A stretch of 54,536 nucleotides of DNA from a virus (Duplodnaviria; Caudoviricetes): positions 1 to 54,536 of the IMG/VR virus record IMGVR_UViG_3300038321_000349; one strand, written 5' to 3'. Position 1 is the stretch's first letter, and each line of letters begins with the position of its first letter. Positions 9,210 to 16,422 of the stretch are shown here, piece after piece. Made by a program: the position numbers and the translations under genes. The notes below the pieces were generated by a model. The model was given only the letters and a program-made list of their open reading frames with translations. It did no database searches and was not told the DNA's origin.

Positions 9210-10782
9210 TAAACTGACGCTCGGTTCGCTCTTCGACGGCTCCGGCGGTTTTCCGCTCGGAGCCGTTTTAACAGGGATCGAACCGCTGTGGGCTTCAGAA
9301 ATCGAGCCGTTCCCCATACGGGTTACCACAAAACGCCTGTCGGGGATGAAGCACCTTGGCGACATCAACAGGATGGACGGCTCCAAAGTTCCTCCCGCGG
9401 ATATTGTCACGGGCGGCTTTTGCTGCCAAGACCTCTCGGTCGCGGGCCGGCGAGCCGGACTTCACGGAGAACGGTCGGGACTCTTCTTTCAGGTAATACG
9501 GATTATCCGTGAAATGCTCGCTGTCACAGACAACGAATACCCGAAGTTCGCTGTGCTCGAAAACGTCCCCGGGATGTATTCCTCAAACGGCGGGCTTGAT
9601 TTTCAGGAGGTGCTCAATGAACTCATCCATATCAAAGACGAAACCCTGTCAGTACCTTTGCCTGAAAAGGGCCGATGGTCGACCTCCGGCGAAATCGTGG
9701 GAAAAGGTTTCTCCGTCGGTTGGCGCACGCTTGACGCTCAATTTTGGGGAGTCGCCCAGAGACGCCGCCGCTGTTACATTGTCGTCGATTTTACAGGCAA
9801 ACGTGCCGGAAAAATATTATTTGACGAGTCGCGCCTGCGCGGGCATCCTACGCAGAGCGGCTGTCCGTGGCAAGCAACTGCCGGAAGTGCTGAGACTGGC
9901 GCTGGAAACGCAGTCGGCTTCGAACCCGGCGCCTGCTCGAGATTAGGAGGCCGGGCATGGGCGATTGAGAATCATCCGGTGGATAGCCGCGTGAAGTTCT
10001 GTGAAAACGGCATTGTCCAAACTCTTTCCGAACGCATGGGAACAGGCGGCGGCAACATTCCGCTCGTGATGAACGAAAAGAAAGAAACTCCGCCAAACCC
10101 CGCCGCGTTTATGGGCGGACAGGGAGCGGATGCCGGAAGCATTGCCTACAGCGAAACAGTCACGCCGACCCTGCGGGGGCAGGCGGGCGGAAACTCCGTT
10201 CCGATGGTGATGACGGCGTTCGGCATCGGGTCCCATGGAAGCAGCGCCATGCTTTCGCCGAATCCGCACAGCGGGTTTTATGAAGCCGGCACCTCGCGGA
10301 CGCTCGATCTGAACTGCGCCCGCCCGGACTGTCATCAGGGCGGCGTTGCGGTGGTGAGCTATGGAATCGACCGCGCGGCTTTTAACCAAGGAAAAGGCGC
10401 GCAGTATAAGCCCCAGTTCACGGAGGAAAGCGCGGCCACGCTCACATCCCGCGGGCCTTCCGCGGTTTGCTCCCGTTATATCGTCCGGCGGCTCACCCCC
10501 ACCGAATGCGCCAGACTGCAGGGCTTTCCCGATTGGTGGTGCTCCAGTCTCGGTACGGAGCACCCGACCGAAGAGGAAATCGCCTTCTGGTCGGAAGTGT
10601 GGGAAACGCATCGTTGCGTAATGGGCGCGCCCTCCAGAGCGAAAAGCCGGAACCAGATAGTCAAATGGCTCCGGCACCCTCATACGGATTCCGCTGAATA
10701 TAAAATGTGGGGAAACGGCGTGGCTCTGCCGTGCGTCCGGTTCGTTCTGGAAGGAGTCGCGGCGGTTACCTCTTCCGTTTGA
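9202..10782 (+). CDS. C5-cytosine DNA methyltransferase with long variable region
   Basis: SLFDGSGG (I), GGFCCQD (IV, atypical), ENVPG (VI), QRRRR (VIII), RRLTPTECARLQGFP (IX), YKMWGNGV (X). Confidence 0.9.
   Translation: MNNKLTLGSLFDGSGGFPLGAVLTGIEPLWASEIEPFPIRVTTKRLSGMKHLGDINRMDGSKVPPADIVTGGFCCQDLSVAGRRAGLHGERSGLFFQVIRIIREMLAVTDNEYPKFAVLENVPGMYSSNGGLDFQEVLNELIHIKDETLSVPLPEKGRWSTSGEIVGKGFSVGWRTLDAQFWGVAQRRRRCYIVVDFTGKRAGKILFDESRLRGHPTQSGCPWQATAGSAETGAGNAVGFEPGACSRLGGRAWAIENHPVDSRVKFCENGIVQTLSERMGTGGGNIPLVMNEKKETPPNPAAFMGGQGADAGSIAYSETVTPTLRGQAGGNSVPMVMTAFGIGSHGSSAMLSPNPHSGFYEAGTSRTLDLNCARPDCHQGGVAVVSYGIDRAAFNQGKGAQYKPQFTEESAATLTSRGPSAVCSRYIVRRLTPTECARLQGFPDWWCSSLGTEHPTEEEIAFWSEVWETHRCVMGAPSRAKSRNQIVKWLRHPHTDSAEYKMWGNGVALPCVRFVLEGVAAVTSSV
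9617..9946 (+). CDS. Nested out-of-frame ORF (109 aa), putative methyltransferase beta-subunit-like polypeptide
   Basis: AGGAGGTG at 9605-9612 precedes ATG 9617 in the +1 frame; product contains TLSSILQANVPEKYYLTSRACAGILRRA..RGKQLP. Confidence 0.6.
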   Translation: MNSSISKTKPCQYLCLKRADGRPPAKSWEKVSPSVGARLTLNFGESPRDAAAVTLSSILQANVPEKYYLTSRACAGILRRAAVRGKQLPEVLRLALETQSASNPAPARD

Positions 10783-10939
10783 CCTCGATTTTCCCAAGCT
10801 TTTGCTCATACTCCTCGATGCATTTGCGGATGAGATAGATGATCTGGCTGTTGGCGGAACGGCCTTCATAGTCCGCGACGACGTGAAGCTGATCCAGCAT
10901 ATCCTCCTCAATCCGTATCGATAAGCTCTTTATAGCCAT
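10766..10939 (-). CDS. Arc/ribbon-helix-helix DNA-binding protein (57 aa, not in ORF track)
   Basis: Hand translation MAIKSLSIRIEEDMLDQLHVVADYEGRSANSQIIYLIRKCIEEYEQKLGKIEVKRKR; GGAGG RBS; alternating beta strand plus EGRS.N motif. Confidence 0.85.
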   Translation of the reverse strand: MAIKSLSIRIEEDMLDQLHVVADYEGRSANSQIIYLIRKCIEEYEQKLGKIEVKRKR

Positions 10940-10953
10940 ATGAAACCTCCGCT

Positions 10954-11026
10954 TTAGATACGTTATGCGTTTATTTTATAGTCGGTTTATGGCACAATGT
11001 TCAAAACGAACGCAAAACATGTCTAA
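10954..11026. promoter_or_regulatory. Inverted operator-like pair in divergent promoter region
   Basis: TTAGATACGTTATGCGTT (10954-10971) and AACGCAAAACATGTCTAA (11009-11026), 15/18 complementary. Confidence 0.55.
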
Positions 11027-11050
11027 TATATATCCAATCGGAGGCCTGCC

Positions 11051-11392
11051 ATGAGAGTTGCGGTCATCGGATCAAGAGACCTTTCCGTCCGGAATCTTGG
11101 GGATTATCTGCCGCCGGGCACGAACGAAATCGTCAGCGGCGGGGCGCGGGGCGTCGACGCCTGCGCGCGGGAATACGCCGAGGCAAACGGTATAAAGCTG
11201 ACGGAGTTTCTGCCCGAATATGAAAAATACGGCCGTTCGGCTCCGCTTCGGCGCAACATTACCATCGTTCAGCACAGCGACCTTGTCCTCGCCTTTTGGG
11301 ACGGGCACAGCCGCGGAACAAAATTCGTCATCAACAAATGCAAAGAACTCGGCGTTCCGGTCAGGGTGTTCCGGCCGAAAGCAGAGAAATGA
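11051..11392 (+). CDS. SLOG-superfamily protein (YspA/DUF2493-like)
   Basis: VAVIGSR, IVSGGARGVD, APLRRNITIV, LAFWDGHSRGT motifs. Confidence 0.85.
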   Translation: MRVAVIGSRDLSVRNLGDYLPPGTNEIVSGGARGVDACAREYAEANGIKLTEFLPEYEKYGRSAPLRRNITIVQHSDLVLAFWDGHSRGTKFVINKCKELGVPVRVFRPKAEK

Positions 11393-11427
11393 CTTGCTAT
11401 CACACCCGTTTGGAGTGATGGATATAC
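11387..11427 (+). promoter_or_regulatory. Repeated moron promoter motif, copy 1
   Basis: AAATGACTTGCTATCACACCCGTTTGGAGTGATGGATATAC, followed by hairpin CCCACC-GAAAGAAA-GGTGGG. Confidence 0.65.
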
Positions 11428-11455
11428 CCACCGAAAGAAAGGTGGGTCAGGGAAA

Positions 11456-11728
11456 GTGGATGAAAAACTGAGAAAAGCCATGGACGAATTTATGACAAGA
11501 AGGCTCGGAGATCTCGGGACGGATCCCCCGGAAACGGTCACCGCGGCCATTACCCAAGCCTCCCGGTGCATGGAGCGGCTGGCGGGGGCGCTGACGGAAG
11601 AACAGCGGGAACTGTGGACAGACATGGAGGACGCTCTCGCCCTGCAGATCGGGGAGGAAACGCGCTATTACTACAAATCGGGTTTTGAGGACGCAATCAA
11701 TTTCCTGCTGGGGTGGGGCGGTCTATGA
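11456..11728 (+). CDS. Small helical hypothetical protein
   Basis: GTG start downstream of motif copy 1; YYYKSGFEDA C-terminal motif; ATGA overlap with next gene. Confidence 0.7.
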   Translation: MDEKLRKAMDEFMTRRLGDLGTDPPETVTAAITQASRCMERLAGALTEEQRELWTDMEDALALQIGEETRYYYKSGFEDAINFLLGWGGL

Positions 11729-12042
11729 GGGAACCCACGGCATATTTTGTAAGGCTGCCGCGCCGGCTGGAAGATTTGCGGAAGCCTCACTTCGTTTCGG
11801 ACGAAAAGCCGTATGCGGTCAACAAAACAGTCGCCCTCGCCGCCATCGACTATGAAAACTTCGTTACAGACCTGCGCGCGGACCGGCGGTTCATCGAAGA
11901 AAACGCCGGCCTGTGCCGTATCGGCGACAGCGGCGTATGGCACTGCATCCTTGCGAAACAGCGAAACCGGACGGACGGCGTGCTGGTCATGTCCGGAGGG
12001 GAGGACTTTCCCCTGTGGGCGGCGTACATAGGACAAACATAA
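11725..12042 (+). CDS. Hypothetical phage protein (DUF6329-like)
   Basis: ATGA overlap start; WHCILA...GVLVMSGG...WAAY pattern; followed by terminator. Confidence 0.65.
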   Translation: MREPTAYFVRLPRRLEDLRKPHFVSDEKPYAVNKTVALAAIDYENFVTDLRADRRFIEENAGLCRIGDSGVWHCILAKQRNRTDGVLVMSGGEDFPLWAAYIGQT

Positions 12043-12065
12043 AAGAGCCTTTCGGGGCTCTTTTT
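12041..12065 (+). terminator. Intrinsic terminator
   Basis: AAAAGAGCC-TTTCGG-GGCTCTTTTT. Confidence 0.8.
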
Positions 12066-12088
12066 GCTGTCCGGAAACGCAGTATGAT

Positions 12089-12170
12089 ACACAAACCTCC
12101 GCGCACATCTTTGTCGGCATTACGGCGCCGAAATGACTTGCTATTCTCACGCTTCGGAGTGATATATGTA
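12089..12170 (+). promoter_or_regulatory. Repeated moron promoter motif, copy 2, with upstream ACAA-N16-TTGT
   Basis: AAATGACTTGCTATTCTCACGCTTCGGAGTGATATATGTA at 12131-12170. Confidence 0.7.
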
Positions 12171-12223
12171 GTCACCGGAGGACGGAAGCCCGCCGGAATC
12201 AAAGCAAAACGGAGGATTCCATC

Positions 12224-12892
12224 ATGAAGCTCAACTACAACCTTGTCGGAGAGAAACGCAAGTCGCTGGCCGGCGCCGCCGGTGATATTCTGAATCAGCC
12301 GGTTCACTACCTCGGCGCGCCCTCGTTTGAATACGAGGTCGGCGCCTACCGCGTCGGCAAAACCGGGCTGTTCGCCGGCCCGGACAGCCGGGAGCTTGAG
12401 GAGGCCCTGAAAGAACGCGGCTTTTCCGCCGAGGTTCGTGATTACGACGAACCGGAAGCGGTAAAAGCGAACGCCGTCCCGGACATTCTGACCATCGAGA
12501 TGCCGATGGACGGCTTTTCCCCCAGAAAGGTCGACAACCTCTGCAAAATGGTGGACGCCAAGGCCGCGCTTCTGAAAGCGTCGCTGGGAACGGAGGAGCT
12601 GCCCATCCGGCAGACGAACGAGGACGGCGGCAGGCTGTGCTTCCCCTGGTTCCGGTTTACGGACGATGCCGACACCGTCGCCGCCTACACTGCCCTGATT
12701 GCCAAGCTCTGCGAAGCGGCCAAAAAGAAAAAGCGCGTCACCGCCCGGGAGCACGAGGCGGATAACCCCAAATACGCCATGCGGTGCTGGCTTCTTTCGC
12801 TGGGCTTCATCGGGGAGGAATACAAGCAGACGCGGAAAATTCTGCTGGCAAACCTCAAGGGCAACGGCTCCTACAAATCCAGAGTACGGTAA
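12224..12892 (+). CDS. Conserved phage hypothetical protein (often labelled 'virulence-related protein')
   Basis: GGAGG RBS; YLGAPSFEY, FPWF, NPKYAMRCWLLSLGFIGEEYK..RKILL motifs. Confidence 0.75.
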   Translation: MKLNYNLVGEKRKSLAGAAGDILNQPVHYLGAPSFEYEVGAYRVGKTGLFAGPDSRELEEALKERGFSAEVRDYDEPEAVKANAVPDILTIEMPMDGFSPRKVDNLCKMVDAKAALLKASLGTEELPIRQTNEDGGRLCFPWFRFTDDADTVAAYTALIAKLCEAAKKKKRVTAREHEADNPKYAMRCWLLSLGFIGEEYKQTRKILLANLKGNGSYKSRVR

Positions 12893-12905
12893 GGCGGTGA
12901 ACACA

Positions 12906-13136
12906 ATGAATTTTCCGAGCAGAGAAACGGTGGAGCGGCTCCGCCGGCAGTATCCCACGGGCTGCCGCGTGGAACTGGTGCGGATGAATGACCCGCAGGC
13001 CCCGCCCATAGGAACCCGCGGCACGGTGCGCGGCGTGGACGACATCGGCAGCGTGATGGTTGCATGGGACAACGGGAGCGGCCTTTCGGTCGCCTACGGC
13101 GCGGATATTTGCAGGGTGGTGAGCGGGCGTGACTGA
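12906..13136 (+). CDS. DUF4314-family protein
   Basis: YPTGCRVELVRMNDPQAPPIGTRGTVRGVDDIGS..V.WDNGSGL. Confidence 0.8.
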   Translation: MNFPSRETVERLRRQYPTGCRVELVRMNDPQAPPIGTRGTVRGVDDIGSVMVAWDNGSGLSVAYGADICRVVSGRD

Positions 13137-13305
13137 AAAAGTGAAGGAACAGATTCTGGCCGTGCGTGACACCGGGCGGACGAATATGTTTGACACGAAC
13201 GCCGTCAAAAGCATCGCGCTGGAAATGGACTTTTTTGAACTGGCGGATTTCCTCGAAACCGAACGCAAAGCCTACGCCCGGTTCATCCTCACGGGCGAGG
13301 GTTAA
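13129..13305 (+). CDS. DUF5049-like small protein (58 aa, not in ORF track)
   Basis: Hand translation MTEKVKEQILAVRDTGRTNMFDTNAVKSIALEMDFFELADFLETERKAYARFILTGEG; overlaps the preceding stop. Confidence 0.8.
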   Translation: MTEKVKEQILAVRDTGRTNMFDTNAVKSIALEMDFFELADFLETERKAYARFILTGEG

Positions 13306-13307
13306 TC

Positions 13308-13389
13308 ACACAATCTCCAAGCGAGAACTTTGTGTAATATATATCCTCAAAATGACTTGCTGTTCCGGGCGTTCAGAGTGATATATGTA
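13308..13389 (+). promoter_or_regulatory. Repeated moron promoter motif, copy 3, with upstream ACACAA-N16-TTGTGT
   Basis: AAATGACTTGCTGTTCCGGGCGTTCAGAGTGATATATGTA at 13350-13389, then hairpin TGCC-GAAA-GGCA. Confidence 0.7.
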
Positions 13390-13432
13390 CATGCCGAAAG
13401 GCACACAACACTTTTTCAGGGAGGAACCCACG

Positions 13433-13597
13433 ATGGATTACAGGCAGATGATCAGGGAACAGCTCGGCGAAGGCTGGCGCTTTATCAAGGCATACAACGC
13501 CTTTGAAAACGGCGAACTGCGCATTATCGCGGCGGACAAAACCGGGCGGGAGCACCGCTGCATTCTGGTCGATGGGAAGCTGACCGAGAAACCGTAA
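13433..13597 (+). CDS. Small hypothetical protein (54 aa)
   Basis: GGGAGG RBS before ATG 13433; downstream of motif copy 3. Confidence 0.7.
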   Translation: MDYRQMIREQLGEGWRFIKAYNAFENGELRIIAADKTGREHRCILVDGKLTEKP

Positions 13598-13610
13598 GGA
13601 GGAAACCGCC

Positions 13611-13844
13611 ATGTGGAGCGAAGGCATTCTCACCGGCCCGGAAACGGGCGTTCCGTACAAATACTGGGTCAAGCACTACGAGGAAGGCTCCGAATTCGGC
13701 ATTGACGGCGGCCGCATTTCCAAGCTGACCATCCGCAGGCTGAACGACCACCGAGACCTTTGCAACTACGACCGCGGCTGGGACATAAAGCCCGCCGGCG
13801 AGGTTAGAGCGGTTTACGCCATGATTCTCGAAAAGTACAATTAA
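13611..13844 (+). CDS. Conserved small phage protein (MWSEG...YWVKHYEEGSEFGIDGGRISKL...NYDRGWD family)
   Basis: AAGGAGG RBS; recognisable clostridial phage moron family. Confidence 0.75.
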   Translation: MWSEGILTGPETGVPYKYWVKHYEEGSEFGIDGGRISKLTIRRLNDHRDLCNYDRGWDIKPAGEVRAVYAMILEKYN

Positions 13845-13858
13845 CCGCGACGGCAATC

Positions 13859-13886
13859 GGGAGCGCCCCGCGAGGGGCTGGCTCTC
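13859..13886 (+). terminator. GC-rich hairpin after moron
   Basis: GGGAGCGCCCC-GCGA-GGGGCTGGCTCTC; weak U tract. Confidence 0.45.
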
Positions 13887-13911
13887 GTTCCATATATTTT
13901 TCAAAAAAGTA

Positions 13912-13942
13912 TTGACATTGACGTTGCGTCAAGGTTTACACT
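13912..13942 (+). promoter_or_regulatory. MerR-type promoter with 19-bp spacer and dyad operator
   Basis: TTGACA (13912-13917), 19 bp, TACACT (13937-13942); dyad TTGACG-TTG-CGTCAA inside the spacer. Confidence 0.85.
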
Positions 13943-13965
13943 GATACTCACAGGAGGAAACGTCA

Positions 13966-14721
13966 ATGGAATACACCATCAACCAGCTTGCAAAACTGGC
14001 GGGCGTCAGCACCCGGACGCTTCGCTATTATGACCAGTGCGGCCTGCTCCCGCCCAAAACCGTGCGCTCCAACGGGTATCGGATTTACGGGGAAGCGGAG
14101 GTAAACCGGCTCCAGCAGATTTTGTTCTACCGGGAACTGGGCGTGGAACTCTCGGAAATCGGGCGTATTTTGGCGGAGAATGACTTTGACGGGCTGTCCG
14201 CTCTGCAGAATCATCTCACCGCTCTGCGGGAGAAACGCGCGCGGCTGGACCGCCTGATCGGCAATGTACAGAAAAGCATTTTGGCAATGAAAGGAGAAAC
14301 GGAAATGACAGATGAGGAAAAATTCGAGGGCTTCAAGGAAAAGCTGATTTTGGACAACGAGCAAAAATACGGCGGGGAAATCCGGGAAAAATACGGGGAC
14401 GAAGCCGTTGACCGTTCGAACGCCAAACTCAAAAACATGACCAAAGAGCAGTACGGCGAACTGGAAGCCCTGACGCAGGAACTGAACCGCACCCTGAAGG
14501 CGGCCTTCGAACAGGGCGACCCCGGAAGCGAGCTGGCGCAAAAAGCCTGCGCGCTCCACAAGAAGTGGCTCAGCTTTTACTGGGACCATTACAGCAAAGA
14601 AGCGCACAGGGGTGTTGCGCAGATGTATGTGGACGACCCGCGATTCACTGCGTATTATGACGCCGTCGCGCCCGGATGCGCCGTGTTCTTAAGGGACGCA
14701 GTTCGGATTTTCTGCGCGTAA
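13966..14721 (+). CDS. MerR-family regulator with TipAS antibiotic-recognition domain (TipA/Mta-like)
   Basis: YTINQLAKLAGVSTRTLRYYDQCGLL.P...NGYRIY (MerR HTH); MYVDDPRFTAYYD...PGCA.FLRDA (TipAS). Confidence 0.9.
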   Translation: MEYTINQLAKLAGVSTRTLRYYDQCGLLPPKTVRSNGYRIYGEAEVNRLQQILFYRELGVELSEIGRILAENDFDGLSALQNHLTALREKRARLDRLIGNVQKSILAMKGETEMTDEEKFEGFKEKLILDNEQKYGGEIREKYGDEAVDRSNAKLKNMTKEQYGELEALTQELNRTLKAAFEQGDPGSELAQKACALHKKWLSFYWDHYSKEAHRGVAQMYVDDPRFTAYYDAVAPGCAVFLRDAVRIFCA

Positions 14722-14742
14722 CACAAACAAAATCATTCAGGC

Positions 14743-14780
14743 AAAAGGTGACGGACAAAAACAGTCCGCCGCCTTTTTTG
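14743..14780 (+). terminator. Intrinsic terminator
   Basis: AAAAGGTGACGGAC-loop-GTCCGCCGCCTTTTTT. Confidence 0.7.
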
Positions 14781-14811
14781 CGCGCATTTTTATAAAAAGG
14801 AGGTTCCGCCG

Positions 14812-16422
14812 ATGGGTGCTTTTCAATATACACCGACCCCGCTGATGCTGCCGACCAGCCATTATGACACCCGGCGGGCCGACTTCGCGGTGAATTTTAT
14901 TCAGATGCTCAGGCACACCACCGGCGAATGGTACGGCAAGCCGTTTCGCCTGATGCCGTGGCAAGAGCAGATTGTGCGGGACATTTTCGGTATCGTGGAC
15001 GCGGACGGGTACCGGCAGTTCCGCACCGCTTATGTGGAGGTGGGCAAGAAAAACGGCAAGTCGGAGCTGGCCGCGGCCATCGCCCTTTATCTGCTGTTCG
15101 CCGACGGCGAAGCGGGCGCGGAGGTCTACTCCTGCGCCGCCGACATCAATCAGGCGTCCATCGTGTTCAACACCGCCCGCGCCATGGTCGAGCAGTGCCC
15201 CGACCTGCGGGCGCTTTCCAAGCTGGTCCCTTCCACCAAGCGGATCATCTTTCCCTACACCAACAGCTTCTACCGGGTGCTCTCCTCCGAAACCAAATCC
15301 AAGCAGGGCTTCAACGTGTCGGGGCTGATTTTCGACGAACTGTTCGCCCAGCAGACCCGGGAACTGTTCGACACCATGACCAAGTACACCGGCGACGCCC
15401 GTCGCCAGCCGCTGTATTTCCTTATCACCACCGCCGGTCGGGATAAGACTTCCATCTGCTATGAAATCCATTGCAAAGCAAAAGCTGTGATGGACGGCAC
15501 TAAAATCGACCCGTCGTTTTATCCCGCCGTGTTCGGCATTGAGGAGGGCGACGACTGGAAGGACGAGGCTGTCTGGCGGCGGGTGAACCCCTCCATCGGC
15601 GTGACGATTCCTTTTGAAACCGTCAGGGCCGCGTATGAGCAGGCAAAACAGAACCCCGCCGAGGAGATGCACTTTCGGCAGTTCCGCCTGAACGAATGGT
15701 GCAACGCCGACATCCGCTGGATGCCGATGGACAAATGGGACGCTTTGGGTGAGGACATCGACTGGGAGGAATACGAAGGCCGGGACTGCTGCTGCGGATT
15801 GGATTTGTCCTCCACCGGCGACCTGACCGCTCTGGTTCTTGTTTTTTCTCCGGGCGGCGGGGATATGAAATATACCGTCCTGCCGTTTTTCTGGCTCCCG
15901 GAGGACGTGATCGATCTGCGGACGCGGCGCGACCACGTTTCCTACGCCGTGTGGAAAAAGCAGGGTGTGTTCAACACCACCGAGGGAAACGTGGTGGACT
16001 ACGACTACATCGTGGCGTTCATCGGAAAACTGGCGGAGAAATACCGAATCCGCGAAATCGCCTACGACAGGTGGGGCGCGGAGAAAGTACGCCGCGACCT
16101 GGAAGAATTGGGCGAGGAAAAGAGCTTCACGGTCTTTCCGTTCGGGCAGGGCTTCGGCTCCATGTCCCCGGCCAGCAAGGACTTCTATCAGTTCGTGATG
16201 GAGGGCCGAATCCGCCACGGCCGGCACCCCGTCCTCGACTGGAACATGGCAAACGTCATCATCGATCAGGACGCGGCGGGCAACATCAAGCCCAACAAAA
16301 AGAAATCCACTGAAAAAATCGACGGCGTGGTGGCCATGATCATGGGCTTTGCTCGGGCTGCGGTCGGCGGCGCAGGCTTCACCGACAGCGTCTACAACGA
16401 AAGGGGGCTGTTGTTTATATGA
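14812..16422 (+). CDS. terL: Terminase large subunit
   Basis: LMPWQ, VGKKNGKS (Walker A), LIFDE (Walker B), ITTAG, GLDLS, KIDGVVA. Confidence 0.95.
   Translation: MGAFQYTPTPLMLPTSHYDTRRADFAVNFIQMLRHTTGEWYGKPFRLMPWQEQIVRDIFGIVDADGYRQFRTAYVEVGKKNGKSELAAAIALYLLFADGEAGAEVYSCAADINQASIVFNTARAMVEQCPDLRALSKLVPSTKRIIFPYTNSFYRVLSSETKSKQGFNVSGLIFDELFAQQTRELFDTMTKYTGDARRQPLYFLITTAGRDKTSICYEIHCKAKAVMDGTKIDPSFYPAVFGIEEGDDWKDEAVWRRVNPSIGVTIPFETVRAAYEQAKQNPAEEMHFRQFRLNEWCNADIRWMPMDKWDALGEDIDWEEYEGRDCCCGLDLSSTGDLTALVLVFSPGGGDMKYTVLPFFWLPEDVIDLRTRRDHVSYAVWKKQGVFNTTEGNVVDYDYIVAFIGKLAEKYRIREIAYDRWGAEKVRRDLEELGEEKSFTVFPFGQGFGSMSPASKDFYQFVMEGRIRHGRHPVLDWNMANVIIDQDAAGNIKPNKKKSTEKIDGVVAMIMGFARAAVGGAGFTDSVYNERGLLFI

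Noticed and set aside
9943-10911. 322-aa minus-strand ORF
   Set aside because: Antisense shadow of the methylase; the real minus-strand gene is the 57-aa RHH in a different frame.
11387-13389. Moron motif as CRISPR repeats or attC sites
   Set aside because: Copies are 0.7-1.2 kb apart, degenerate and promoter-shaped; no attC-like palindrome and no integron integrase.
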